Shown piece by piece: positions 17,835 through 28,375 of a stretch of DNA of 64,000 nt. The notes under the pieces are model-generated. The model ran no database searches. It was given only the letters and a program-made list of their open reading frames with translations, and was not told where the DNA came from. Both the position numbers and the translations under genes were made by a program. The stretch is from the IMG/VR virus record IMGVR_UViG_3300021142_000002, positions 124,001-188,000 of that record; one strand, given 5' to 3'. Numbering within the stretch: the stretch's first letter is position 1; the number at the start of each line of letters is the position of its first letter.

Positions 17835-20411
17835 CTATTGGATAGTTAGATAAAGATGCAAGCCTTCAACTAGGTTATTTAAAAGGACCATATTGGCTTG
17901 TGTTAAAAAGTTATATTGATTTAAATTAACAGTAACTGGCGCAGTACCCCATGTGGGTGTAATCGTTACATAATTAGGATCTAAACCAAAGAAACAGGGA
18001 TCAGTATTAATAATGCTAATATAAGGATTAACCATTGCAGCAACCTGATCATTAGTATAACTAGATTGAGTAATAACAATTGTATTATTAGATACTAACT
18101 CGATCAGTCTGTTCATTAATGTAGAAACTAATACATACTTTTGGGTAATTGTAACCGTACCTGATATTGGTGTTTGTGGATCTATTTGAGATAAGAACTG
18201 ACTGACTAATTGATCTTGAGCTTGTTCAGCTATTAGTGTGGGTGTAATAACATCCAGTGTTTCAGATCTTACAAAGCTTGGATAATTAATAATAGCAAAT
18301 GGATTACCATCGTTAAACCCTAAACTAGCAGTTGTATTAACTACATCGGTATAAGCTTCTTTCTCTCTTAATTCAGAATAAGTAAAGGCTCTGCCATCTA
18401 CAAAGAATTGATTATTTCTGTAGAGCAATAATTCATAGATATTGTTATTAAACAACTTACCATGTTTAACAAACCCAAACTGAGCACTATTAACATGTTG
18501 TAGACTAGGATCAGGTAATCCGCAGTAAACAACTGTTATTAATCCACTGCTAGTATAATAGTTATTATTAGAACAAATATAAGCTCTAGAGTTATAAACT
18601 ACATAATCTAAACCTTCTATTAAATAATGACCATTAAACCAAATGTACAAATTACCCATGCCAATATCATGGGCCATAGCCATGCCATTGTATATGTCAA
18701 TACCTGCTTCAATATTACTTTGGTTTATATTGCTGGTATAGTTAATATAGTTTAATGATGTTCTAACATATCGCTCATGTTGAATTAAAGTAGGATTCCA
18801 GGTAACTGTAGTACCATTAGTTGTTTCTGTTAAAGTATAATCGCTGTTATGATTTGCATAAACTAAGGTATTACCATTTAAATAATAACAGAATATACCA
18901 AAGCCGCTAGGCATAGTTACCACAGTAGTGCTATTAGCGGCAATAACCGTATCTAAATTACTATAAGTCACTAAGCTAGGCAAAAAGACTTCATAACCAA
19001 ATCCATTACTATAAGTAATGTTAGTTAAGTCAATTGCCTGATAGGTTGTTTGGGCATTATACGTACCATCAATGTTATAGGTAATTAAATGACCACCTAA
19101 GTTACTAGCTATTGCAGGCAATGACCATGCTGTATTGCCAGGCAGTTGTCTTACTCTTTCTAAATAGGTGATAGCACCATATCTGGAATACACGCCGTAA
19201 AAAGGAGCTGAAGCTAAATTACTTTCTTCAACAGCTATCCACTTATTAAATGGACAGACTTCTAGATTATTAGCATTCCATATTGGAAGATTTGCATTAA
19301 TCCCAGATAAACATTGCTCTTTAATTCCATTAGGTAAATTCATTAAGTCTGGAATATAATTACTATCTAGCAAAGTAGGTTTAAACTGATTATTATCTCT
19401 TCTTAATAATAAGACCATGACATTGGTTAATGTTTGGTTAATATCAGAAAAGTTTTCCATCTCACCAATTCTAGTTGTTAATAACTGAGAATTAATAGAC
19501 CAATCTTTATAAGTTAGCATCCTGACTATAGAAGGTGATAGTCTTGGAAAGTAAGTCCCTACCATAGAACCATCCGATTTTGTACCGACTACAAATATTT
19601 CAGTATCGGCCACATAGACTTGATTATCTAAAGCATTAACAGATAAGATTAGTTTATTACAGTTATCATTAGTAGATAAATAGTTATTTAACATCCCTAT
19701 TGGAAATAAATCTATCATGGTAATAAAAGGATCAACAATATAGTCTATTACATCGCCTGTATGCAATGCAGAAAATAAAGGCAAACCACCTAACATTAAT
19801 AATCCATTCTTAAATAATAAAGGTGGTATTGGATGTCCATTAGCATCTAATGTTCCATGAATAGCATAGTTTGCAATCAAAGCAGTAAAGGTTAAGTAAT
19901 CACTGTAGTTATTATTGACTATAAATGATCCAGTCTTTACAGTCTGAGCCGAGGTCGCTGCATTACCTTCATAAAAGATATTAGTATAAAATCTAACATA
20001 AATGTCATCATTTAAACTCAATACCTTTTGATTAAACGTATAGTTTAATGCTAAGATAATATTGTTATCTGGCATTATCTTAATATAACTGCCATATAAA
20101 GAAAAGAATCTTCCTTGACTAAATATAATAGTTAAAGTTTGAAAGGTACTAATGATGGCATTTAAAGAAACCCATCCATAAATGTTAGAAGTAATCCCAA
20201 TACTAATAGGCTCTACTTGACCTAATTCAATCAGCATATAGAGCTGATTAGCTATGGGTAAATCTATTTGATTATATGGCAGAGGATAGGTATTAATAGC
20301 CCCTAAATTACTGGTAATTTTATTGGACTTAAATACAGCGTTTTTATCTCCCCCAGGATTACTCCATACATCAGCTAATGCCATGTTAAAAAGTAAGTTA
20401 TTTATATCCAT
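17835..20411 (-). CDS. Virion structural/baseplate protein (phiKZ gp27-like position)
   Basis: 858 aa; VWSNP..D N-terminus, LYIWFNG..LIEGLDY; synteny. Confidence 0.65.
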   Translation of the reverse strand: MDINNLLFNMALADVWSNPGGDKNAVFKSNKITSNLGAINTYPLPYNQIDLPIANQLYMLIELGQVEPISIGITSNIYGWVSLNAIISTFQTLTIIFSQGRFFSLYGSYIKIMPDNNIILALNYTFNQKVLSLNDDIYVRFYTNIFYEGNAATSAQTVKTGSFIVNNNYSDYLTFTALIANYAIHGTLDANGHPIPPLLFKNGLLMLGGLPLFSALHTGDVIDYIVDPFITMIDLFPIGMLNNYLSTNDNCNKLILSVNALDNQVYVADTEIFVVGTKSDGSMVGTYFPRLSPSIVRMLTYKDWSINSQLLTTRIGEMENFSDINQTLTNVMVLLLRRDNNQFKPTLLDSNYIPDLMNLPNGIKEQCLSGINANLPIWNANNLEVCPFNKWIAVEESNLASAPFYGVYSRYGAITYLERVRQLPGNTAWSLPAIASNLGGHLITYNIDGTYNAQTTYQAIDLTNITYSNGFGYEVFLPSLVTYSNLDTVIAANSTTVVTMPSGFGIFCYYLNGNTLVYANHNSDYTLTETTNGTTVTWNPTLIQHERYVRTSLNYINYTSNINQSNIEAGIDIYNGMAMAHDIGMGNLYIWFNGHYLIEGLDYVVYNSRAYICSNNNYYTSSGLITVVYCGLPDPSLQHVNSAQFGFVKHGKLFNNNIYELLLYRNNQFFVDGRAFTYSELREKEAYTDVVNTTASLGFNDGNPFAIINYPSFVRSETLDVITPTLIAEQAQDQLVSQFLSQIDPQTPISGTVTITQKYVLVSTLMNRLIELVSNNTIVITQSSYTNDQVAAMVNPYISIINTDPCFFGLDPNYVTITPTWGTAPVTVNLNQYNFLTQANMVLLNNLVEGLHLYLTIQ

Positions 20412-21352
20412 TAGCTAACGTCCGCATACATGGAAATGAATTTAGTAAATCCTTCTACATCATGCTTCTTAAGTAGTCCCATCATTGATTTACCTAAAGC
20501 AGTGGTATTTTGCATACTCTTTTGAATGGCACAACTCATCATTGCGATAAAGGTAGGTGGATGCTCTAATCCAATGCTACTAATTTCTGTTGCATTCGCC
20601 GCGATAAAAGCACCTCTTACAGTACTGTTATAGACAATACTAGGATCAATGTCATAGGCATTGTTATTGAGTTCAGTTAAAGCATGGGCAAATAAAAATA
20701 TTTTATTTTTTTGCATTTTGCAATTATGCACTGATCCATTTCTAAATAACTCAATAATTAGTTCCTCATTAACATTAATTAAATCATGAATGTTTTGTGC
20801 GGGAATATTAATGATTCTAGGTAATCTTTTTAACAACATAATAATGATATCTTCATCATGAGCATAAGCTTCGTTACTAAATAAGCCCATGTAATAAATA
20901 GCTGATATGATTCTAAAGTTAGTAGTAATTAATAAGTTATTATCTAGCTTTCTAGATATACCAGAGCTTACCCAAGTACTAAAGGTATCAGCCACAAAAG
21001 CTTCTTGCGCAAAGAAGACTTCTTTATCAGTTAGCCATAGTAAATCCAGCATGGCTCTTCTAACCATTAAAACATATTCGTTATAGAGTCTAATCTTACC
21101 TTCTTTATTAACAATGGCTCTTAAGTCAATGTAAGCTTTGCCGTTATGAATAATGGGATGAAAAAAAGATGGAATTGTTTCACCTACATCGCCCACAATG
21201 GCAATGACATTATCATTAATGATTTTAAATTCATATCGCTCTTTATCTATCGTTAAAAGACTTTCGATATCTTTAGCTATACCTGTCATTTTGTTATTTA
21301 AACCAGAAATAACATTAGCGGAATAAGCTGTATGTGCCGGTATTGAGTTCAT
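20411..21352 (-). CDS. Virion structural protein (phiKZ gp28-like position)
   Basis: IP.F.HPI, IGLEHPPTF.AM; AAAGGA RBS before ATG 21352. Confidence 0.6.
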   Translation of the reverse strand: MNSIPAHTAYSANVISGLNNKMTGIAKDIESLLTIDKERYEFKIINDNVIAIVGDVGETIPSFFHPIIHNGKAYIDLRAIVNKEGKIRLYNEYVLMVRRAMLDLLWLTDKEVFFAQEAFVADTFSTWVSSGISRKLDNNLLITTNFRIISAIYYMGLFSNEAYAHDEDIIIMLLKRLPRIINIPAQNIHDLINVNEELIIELFRNGSVHNCKMQKNKIFLFAHALTELNNNAYDIDPSIVYNSTVRGAFIAANATEISSIGLEHPPTFIAMMSCAIQKSMQNTTALGKSMMGLLKKHDVEGFTKFISMYADVS

Positions 21353-21514
21353 AAATAGTTCCTTTCTATGTGTTGAGTCATAGGATAAACCTATAGTTTT
21401 ACTAATAAAAGTTATTATATTTACAGTAAAAATAGCCCCTACTGTCACTTATATTGTGTAAAGGTAGGCTTCTACTACAGAATAAATTCTTTTTTATTTA
21501 CAGGAAGAAAAAAC

Positions 21515-24289
21515 ATGACAACAGTTAACAATAGTACACCTATGGTGAATCTAAATGGGATTAGAGATGAATCTATTACCCAGTTAGTAGCAGAGCCAGA
21601 ACAAACCCCCCAGCATTTAGCACTCTATTTTATTAAAGCACCTTATGGTCCAGAAGGTATAGCTGATGCTATTCCAGTATCTTCTGCAAATGATTTAATG
21701 CGTATTTTTGGATCTGATGTTGTTAATCCAAGAGCACCTTATTATAATCATCAAACTGAATTGATGACACAAACATTGGCTGCTGGCAACTCAGCTTTTG
21801 TTAAACGAATTATCTATACCGGAACTGATGTAAATGGTGCTTTAAATGTAGCGCCTAATAAAGCTAACTTTACTTTAAACTGTCAAGTAACTGCCAATGC
21901 TTCTTTACCAACCTATGCTCGTAATCCTGATAACAGTGTTAGCTATGATTCTAATGGAAACATTATTCTAACTACCATTACCGTTGGTGCAACTACTGGT
22001 GTTGCTACCTTTGGAACAATTTCAGGCGGAGCAGGCTATAGCGATGGTACTTATACCAATGTTACTTTAACTAGAGTTTCTGGTACAACACCGACTACTC
22101 TACCTACTGCTACAGTAATAGTCTCCGGTGGTGCTGTAACTACCGTTACATTAACGACGCCCGGTGTTGGTGTTGATACCACTACAGTATTAACTGCTTT
22201 GGTCGGAACTGCTACACCTACTACTGCATGGAGCGTTCCTGTTGCTACTACTGCAACAACCGCACCTTTAACAGTCGGTCAAAAATACATTGTAGCTAGT
22301 TTAGGTAATACAACCACTGCTCAATGGGTAACTGCGGGTGTTGTACTAGCTAGTGGTCAAACCACAGTTAATGTTGGTCAATCATTTACTTGTGCGGCTG
22401 AAACTGTAGGTACCGGTACAGTATCTCCAGCCACTACTGGTAGTATCTTAAAGTATACTATCACTGCAAGTACTGCCTCTACTCCAGCAACCACAACGTC
22501 TACTGTTAGTACAGTTAATGGCTTAACCGTAACGACTTATCCTATTCTTACTTTTACTGCACCTTTCTCAGGCGGCTTAGGCAATCAAACAGGTATTCGT
22601 TTATGGACTGCTGGCAATACTACTTCTTTGCCAGGTGATAGAGATGTTATCATTGATCAAAAAGCATTGATCTTTAATGGTCAGGTTATTTTTAAACCCA
22701 CTAACTCTACACCTCAGTTAGTAGCTGATCTTACTGGCTCTACTAATATGCAATTTTGCTTTAAACCAAATGCATATAACTATAAAACTAACCAAAACTT
22801 AAACATTGGTCAGTTTGTAGATAACTGGAGTGATGATGGTGTTATTTCTGGCAATACACCTTCTTATAGCCCAGTCGGTTCAGTTACTTTAATCAATGAT
22901 GGTACTGGTACACCTTACCTAAACACTGTATTAAATGCATTATTAGCTACTGAAAATGCTGCACACTTAATTGCTCAAGCTGCTGATACTATTTCAGCCA
23001 CTGCATTAACTGTTGGTAGTAAATACTACATTGCATCGGCAGGCGCTACTGACTTTACTACTATTGGTTCAACTGACAATAATGTCGGCACAATCTTTGT
23101 AGCTACTGGTATTGCATCAAGTCCATCTAGCGGTGTAGCAGGTACTGTATATCCAGTTGATGTAGGTCCAATCTCATCTGGCTATATGTTAGACTTTTTA
23201 ACAGGTATTGATTTTAATGGCAACCCACATATGTCATTCCAGATTGACAAAACTGGCGTGGTAATGGCTGAAGGTGTAACTACTTATTTAGTTAATGGAA
23301 CAGCAGGTGGTGTAGATAACTTAGGTTATGAACAAGCTATTTGTGATTTCATTACCAGCGTGGGCGCCAATGATTCACATCCATTACTGGATATGGCTGT
23401 ATATCCCTTTAAAAACGTTTATGACTCAGGTTTTGGTCAATTCCCTGTAGGTCAAATGGCAGGCTATCCATCTATGGCGACAAAACTTGCCTTATTTAAA
23501 TGGATTGGCTATCGTAAAGACATGAATGCTACTGTTGGAACATACATCGTAGGCACTCCTCAATTGACTGTAGCTCAAGAACTATCAGTCGGTAAGGTAT
23601 TATCTACCTCTGCATTAATGTATGGTGAGAGCGCATTATGGGGCACACCTACTTGTAGAGCAGTGATTACTATGGGTTCAGGCCTATTGAATAACTCTAC
23701 CTTTAATGGTCCAGTACCGACTACCTTTGACTTAGCCATTAAACGAGCTGGTTATATGGGTGCAGGTTCAGGCATTATGACCTCGGGTCAAAACTATACC
23801 ATTAATCCAAAGAACAATGTTACTTCCATGCGCAAGATTACCAACACTATTTTAGGTCAAACAACTAAGATTACTGCATGGAATGAAGGTTTAAATTATG
23901 TTCAAATGATGGATCGTCGTACTCCATTCTGGGCTGATTTACAAACCGTCTATAACATTCAAAACTCTGTCTTAGCCAGTGAGTTGTTTATGTCTATTTG
24001 CTGCGACATTACACAAATTGCAGCTAAGGTATGGCGCATTATGTCTGGTCGTACTAATTTAACACCTGGTCAATGGGTTGATAAAACAAATGAATTAGTT
24101 AATTCATTAACTGCTGGACGTTATGATGGTTTAGTAGTAATTGTTCCTACTACTTATTTTACACCAGCCGATAATGCCCGTGGCTATTCGTGGACTCTAG
24201 ACATAGCTGTTTATGGTAATGTAGCTAAAACTGTACAAACAGTGAACATTATCACTAAACGATTATTACCAACTACTACAGGACTATAA
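21515..24289 (+). CDS. Tail sheath protein with Thr-rich insertions (phiKZ gp29-like)
   Basis: N-term GI.DES....P...PQHL.L, YP...VYDSGF, ES...GTPTCRA, C-term L.GRYD......P.TY.T.AD..RGYSW; directly followed by tube. Confidence 0.88.
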   Translation: MTTVNNSTPMVNLNGIRDESITQLVAEPEQTPQHLALYFIKAPYGPEGIADAIPVSSANDLMRIFGSDVVNPRAPYYNHQTELMTQTLAAGNSAFVKRIIYTGTDVNGALNVAPNKANFTLNCQVTANASLPTYARNPDNSVSYDSNGNIILTTITVGATTGVATFGTISGGAGYSDGTYTNVTLTRVSGTTPTTLPTATVIVSGGAVTTVTLTTPGVGVDTTTVLTALVGTATPTTAWSVPVATTATTAPLTVGQKYIVASLGNTTTAQWVTAGVVLASGQTTVNVGQSFTCAAETVGTGTVSPATTGSILKYTITASTASTPATTTSTVSTVNGLTVTTYPILTFTAPFSGGLGNQTGIRLWTAGNTTSLPGDRDVIIDQKALIFNGQVIFKPTNSTPQLVADLTGSTNMQFCFKPNAYNYKTNQNLNIGQFVDNWSDDGVISGNTPSYSPVGSVTLINDGTGTPYLNTVLNALLATENAAHLIAQAADTISATALTVGSKYYIASAGATDFTTIGSTDNNVGTIFVATGIASSPSSGVAGTVYPVDVGPISSGYMLDFLTGIDFNGNPHMSFQIDKTGVVMAEGVTTYLVNGTAGGVDNLGYEQAICDFITSVGANDSHPLLDMAVYPFKNVYDSGFGQFPVGQMAGYPSMATKLALFKWIGYRKDMNATVGTYIVGTPQLTVAQELSVGKVLSTSALMYGESALWGTPTCRAVITMGSGLLNNSTFNGPVPTTFDLAIKRAGYMGAGSGIMTSGQNYTINPKNNVTSMRKITNTILGQTTKITAWNEGLNYVQMMDRRTPFWADLQTVYNIQNSVLASELFMSICCDITQIAAKVWRIMSGRTNLTPGQWVDKTNELVNSLTAGRYDGLVVIVPTTYFTPADNARGYSWTLDIAVYGNVAKTVQTVNIITKRLLPTTTGL

Positions 24290-24291
24290 TT

Positions 24292-25176
24292 ATGGCCAGT
24301 GTTGCAACTTATAACAATCCAACATTAATACAGATGAGTGGGGATGTTCGTACCCCCTCTATTGACCTGTCACAAGGCGGTCAACAAGGAATGTTGCAAA
24401 ACCCAATGTTGTGGGGCAATAATGCTAACTACATTAGACAAAAAACAATTCCTGTATTAGTATCAGCACCTCGATTAATGGGCTTATTGTCTAATGCAGG
24501 ATATCGCATGGCGGCATTAAAATCATTAATGGAATTAATGCCTCAAAAAATTGATGGTTTAAAATCCAGTTTATCAGCAGATTATGATGGTCAAGCAGTC
24601 GGCCATGCTGGTGAGAAAATGGAATCAGTTACTCATGTGGCCCGTGAAGTATCAGCTCCAAATTATGAGTGGGTTGATAAATATGGTATGGCCATTACTC
24701 GTTACTGGACAGATTACATGCGAATGTTTATCGCTGATCCAGATTTACAAGTACCTGCTATTATTCAAACACCTGAGTATATCAATGCAGGTAGTCCACC
24801 TATTACACCAGAATCTCAATCTATGGTTATGCTATTTATTGAGCCTGATGTTACGATGACTAATGTAACCAATGCTTGGCTATGCACTAACATGATGCCA
24901 AGAACCGCTGGTGAAATCATTGGTGTTAGAGAAATGGGTGGCAGTAATGAGATACCTACAGTAGGTATTGAGTTTACTGCATTAACCTTTATTGGTAAAC
25001 CAGTAGAGTTATTAGCAGCTAGTTACTTAGCATCTTTGAAACTAACTGACTTAAGACCATTAGATCTAGCACAAAAGTATAGTCAAAATGGTTCACCAGG
25101 CGGTGTTAATAGTGATGTATTGGCCGCTGGTGCTGGTTTTGCACAAGAAATTGTTAATACAGTAGTAAATGGATAA
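24292..25176 (+). CDS. Tail tube protein (phiKZ gp30-like)
   Basis: DL.QGGQ.G, VL...P..M, PD..V..AWL..NMMP...G; 294 aa directly after sheath. Confidence 0.85.
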   Translation: MASVATYNNPTLIQMSGDVRTPSIDLSQGGQQGMLQNPMLWGNNANYIRQKTIPVLVSAPRLMGLLSNAGYRMAALKSLMELMPQKIDGLKSSLSADYDGQAVGHAGEKMESVTHVAREVSAPNYEWVDKYGMAITRYWTDYMRMFIADPDLQVPAIIQTPEYINAGSPPITPESQSMVMLFIEPDVTMTNVTNAWLCTNMMPRTAGEIIGVREMGGSNEIPTVGIEFTALTFIGKPVELLAASYLASLKLTDLRPLDLAQKYSQNGSPGGVNSDVLAAGAGFAQEIVNTVVNG

Positions 25177-25197
25177 AAAAAAATAAAGTATAGAAAG

Positions 25198-25229
25198 AGA
25201 GTACATAGAGCCTAGGCTCTATGTACTCT
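25198..25229. terminator. Perfect 32-bp palindrome between convergent genes
   Basis: AGAGTACATAGAGCCTAGGCTCTATGTACTCT. Confidence 0.7.
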
Positions 25230-25235
25230 ACTATA

Positions 25236-25927
25236 CTAGAACAATCTGCGGGTAATAAAGTCCGCCACTTCATTCATGTCATCCACTGACGGGAATGAGG
25301 CGTTTTCCCCTATCAAGTTAAATTGTGGAACGCGATACTGCGCTCCGTTTAACTCCACCTTATAGAACCATATCCCAGCTTTGTTCTGGGATGATTCTAA
25401 CACCTTTGCACCGCTAACCCAAACTCCCTCATATTCTGGGAGTTCATTTAAGAGGATTTTGCACGGCATGCCATCGGGGATGGCATAGTCTTTTTCTTCA
25501 ATGACTGAAGAAGTTAAAAGAGGTTCTAAGACCTCTAATACTTCGTCAACTAACCAGCTGGTTACTTCTTCAACTTTTGCTGGAGGGCATCCTCCAGCAA
25601 TGAGTAGGAATTTACCAATTAACTTCTCAACTACTACTCCGGCGTTATTGCCACTAAGCGCATCCTTAGTCTTTAGTTTTTTTCTGACAGAGTTTAACAC
25701 CCTTTCTGAAAGGGTGTAACTTGTCACAAAGATTTCTGCAGTACACTGCAGAAGTCCAAGAAACTTTTCTTTCCCTAAATCTTCAGCGGCGATTGCCACC
25801 TGATCTAGGTGGAGCATAAACTCTTCTACTTCATCTGATCCGTATGGGTCAAATGACATTGAAGAGTTTTCAACCAATCTTACCAGACCATCGGCTATTA
25901 AGCCTTTGTCAAATTGTATTTTTTCAT
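25236..25927 (-). CDS. GC-rich orphan protein behind cassette copy 2 (apparent 1-nt frameshift near start)
   Basis: RBS-led ATG at 25927 is out of frame with the 25236-25877 ORF across an A6 run. Confidence 0.65.
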
Positions 25928-25933
25928 ATCAAA

Positions 25934-26029
25934 TCTCCTGCCTCTTTAGAGGGCTTAAAGTTGTTATAATAAATTGGATTACTAATGTAATTCCAATTAA
26001 ATGGTATATACATGAAAATAATTTGAATT
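25934..26029 (-). repeat. 96-bp promoter-hairpin-RBS cassette, copy 2
   Basis: 95/96 identical to 16016-16111. Confidence 0.9.
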
Positions 26030-26039
26030 TACATAGATA

Positions 26040-26068
26040 CTCTAGGATAGCATATAGCTATCCTAGAG
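26040..26068. terminator. Hairpin, 12-bp stem
   Basis: CTCTAGGATAGC-ATATA-GCTATCCTAGAG. Confidence 0.6.
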
Positions 26069-26075
26069 ACTATGT

Positions 26076-26612
26076 TTAATTAATTGTTTCCTGACTTAAA
26101 TCGGCATACTTAAAGGTAATGCCATAACCGCTCGTAAAACCAAAAGACACACAATTTCTAGTAATCGTTAAGTACCCTAATTTTAATCCTAACCATTTCG
26201 CTAACCCACCAATTATAAAGGCTGGATAAATCATGATATCGTTATATTCAGTAACATTTCCAGCTAATGGAATATAAGTATCATCATCCAATACCCATGT
26301 TCCATTTAACTGACCTAATGGATCTAATGTCAAACACAATGTATTAATGCCAAAATCATTTAAAGTAAAACCTATTGATACTTTACTTAATCTTAAATCT
26401 TCAGCTAACATTTTAACAATATCAGATGGCTTGGAATTAACAGATAACTCATCTAGAAATAGTTGACATAAATCATTGACTTGTTCGGTTAACATTACTA
26501 CTACTTCTTTATTTTCTTCTTTTTTCAAAAAGCCTTGTAGTAATAAACCTATTGGATAAATTAAATCTATTTTATCTGAAGTCTCTCTAGGAGATGCTAG
26601 TGCGGTAGCCAT
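26076..26612 (-). CDS. Hypothetical protein
   Basis: 178-aa ORF. Confidence 0.65.
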   Translation of the reverse strand: MATALASPRETSDKIDLIYPIGLLLQGFLKKEENKEVVVMLTEQVNDLCQLFLDELSVNSKPSDIVKMLAEDLRLSKVSIGFTLNDFGINTLCLTLDPLGQLNGTWVLDDDTYIPLAGNVTEYNDIMIYPAFIIGGLAKWLGLKLGYLTITRNCVSFGFTSGYGITFKYADLSQETIN

Positions 26613-26641
26613 ATATCATTCCAAAAAAAAACAGTAATAAA

Positions 26642-26665
26642 GGGTACTAGGAAGTCCTAGTACCC
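26642..26665 (-). terminator. Hairpin
   Basis: GGGTACTAGG-AAGT-CCTAGTACCC, T-run after a spacer on minus strand. Confidence 0.6.
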
Positions 26666-26720
26666 AGATTGTTATTATTCGATATCAAACATAATGATAT
26701 CATCTGGAATTTCTTCTATT

Positions 26721-27119
26721 TTAGTTGCTATCAGTATCTGGTGTTACATTGTGTTTAGCAAACAATGTGCCAGAGCGCTCTATAACACTCGTCATGACAT
26801 CAGAATGCTTATAGTTGATAGCCGATACCGTTTTCATAGAAGGGTCTACAAAGACCTCACCGACCGCTCTACCGCCCATTGGGATATCAGATACAAATAC
26901 GCCCAAACCACTTCCATCGCCAGGAACATGCTTTTCTGCATAATCCATTGTTTCATTCATGATAGCCGCCAATCGCTGTTCACGGTAATCATCGACCGCC
27001 ACAAATACTTCAGCGGCTAATGTATCTGGAAGATCTTTAAAGAAACTCTTTTCAGTTACTTTACCGATCATTTTGCTATCATCAAATTTTACTATTTTAC
27101 TCATCTTTGTTTGCTCCAT
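26721..27119 (-). CDS. Hypothetical early protein
   Basis: 132-aa ORF behind a promoter motif. Confidence 0.65.
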   Translation of the reverse strand: MEQTKMSKIVKFDDSKMIGKVTEKSFFKDLPDTLAAEVFVAVDDYREQRLAAIMNETMDYAEKHVPGDGSGLGVFVSDIPMGGRAVGEVFVDPSMKTVSAINYKHSDVMTSVIERSGTLFAKHNVTPDTDSN

Positions 27120-27143
27120 TTTAAATAAATTATACTTGCTAAC

Positions 27144-27170
27144 AGATAATGTATCTATTAGTTATTTTTA
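27144..27170 (-). promoter_or_regulatory. Putative early phage promoter
   Basis: Minus strand AATAGATACATTATCT. Confidence 0.5.
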
Positions 27171-27596
27171 AAAATTTATATTATTAAAGCTAGTGTTTAT
27201 AAAGAAACCATACTTAAAGGCTTCCAGTGGACCACTACGCTGTTTTATTACTTCTTCTGGTGTTGGATCAAAAGTAATTTTATCGTCGTTACCAAGACAA
27301 ATATGAGCATAATCATCATACTTACTATTCCTATCTTTCATTATGATTAAATATTCTAGATTACTAATTTTGCAATCGCTTGCTAAAAAATTTAGTAAAT
27401 TAGGGCCTATTATAATGGCTAGACCTTTTTCACCTAGCCATTTATTTACATTAATTATCCAATCACCTTCTTGCTTACTAAAGGTGGGTACTTCATGTAA
27501 TTTTAAATTTAATACAGTTGCTAAACAAGCTTCCAAGCTATTATCATCGGTATAAGCATCTTTAGTCCGATGATAAGTTTCGTATACCTTATTCAT
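27168..27596 (-). CDS. Papain/C39-like peptidase-fold protein, catalytic Cys apparently absent
   Basis: NSLEACLATVL.L.L.EVP.F...W...WL...G and H.....DP pattern. Confidence 0.4.
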   Translation of the reverse strand: MNKVYETYHRTKDAYTDDNSLEACLATVLNLKLHEVPTFSKQEGDWIINVNKWLGEKGLAIIIGPNLLNFLASDCKISNLEYLIIMKDRNSKYDDYAHICLGNDDKITFDPTPEEVIKQRSGPLEAFKYGFFINTSFNNINF

Positions 27597-27606
27597 TAAG
27601 TTCCTT

Positions 27607-27948
27607 TTAATAATGGTTTATTTGATATTCGGTTATATCTGGATGTTTAGCTATTTCTGCAATAGCCGATAATACATGACCTTCAACAGTTCTTGAGTCT
27701 AACATATATTCATTTTCACCAATAACCAATGTAATAGATTCCACCAACCCACTATTGATTATTTCCAGCACTAATTTAATTAAATTAAATACTAACCGTT
27801 CTTTATTCATACCATCCAGTCGACAGTATGTGTACATCTTTTTAACAATTACAAGATCCTTTATAATGGCTTTAAACTGTGCATCCCAGTTTGCCTTCAA
27901 TCTTGCTCTTATGCTATCAGTGCCGTCAAAAATTTCATTATCACTCAT
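27607..27948 (-). CDS. Hypothetical protein
   Basis: 113-aa ORF. Confidence 0.55.
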   Translation of the reverse strand: MSDNEIFDGTDSIRARLKANWDAQFKAIIKDLVIVKKMYTYCRLDGMNKERLVFNLIKLVLEIINSGLVESITLVIGENEYMLDSRTVEGHVLSAIAEIAKHPDITEYQINHY

Positions 27949-27987
27949 TTTATTCTTCCTTATTTTGTTGTTTATTAAAAATATACT

Positions 27988-28143
27988 CTAAGAAACTTTT
28001 AATTGTTTCTGTATGACATCTCTAGTTTCCCCAATCTTATCATCTTTTCTAAAAGGATTTCCATAAGGAGATCCTCTGCCGCAATAAACAGTTGGATAAG
28101 GAGAAACTATTTTGTGATGTTTATTTACTATGTTTATTTGCAT
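27988..28143 (-). pseudogene. Truncated DUF4326-like ORF (51 aa, absent from ORF track)
   Basis: MQINIVNKHH..TVYCGRGSPYGNPF..TRDVI then TAG; the family's C-terminal CxC/CH motif is missing. Confidence 0.6.
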
Positions 28144-28375
28144 TAACCAATGCTCTTACTGTATCAAAAATATCCATATCTATTGGCGTATACTCTTCAG
28201 CTTTTTCATTAACATAAGCTAACATTGTATCCGGATCATTGCTTATTTTATTAACTACGGCTCCAAGCAAAGCAACGCTTAAATTAAATAATTCTTCACT
28301 GCTAACATTTGTTAATTCAGTTAACCATTTAATATCTTCTTCTCTTTCTTTATTAATTGAAAATGTTTCTTTCAT
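28121..28375 (-). CDS. Small ribbon-helix-helix-like protein
   Basis: TFSINKE..EDIKWL.E.TNVS.EELF..SVALL pattern. Confidence 0.45.
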   Translation of the reverse strand: MKETFSINKEREEDIKWLTELTNVSSEELFNLSVALLGAVVNKISNDPDTMLAYVNEKAEEYTPIDMDIFDTVRALVNANKHSK

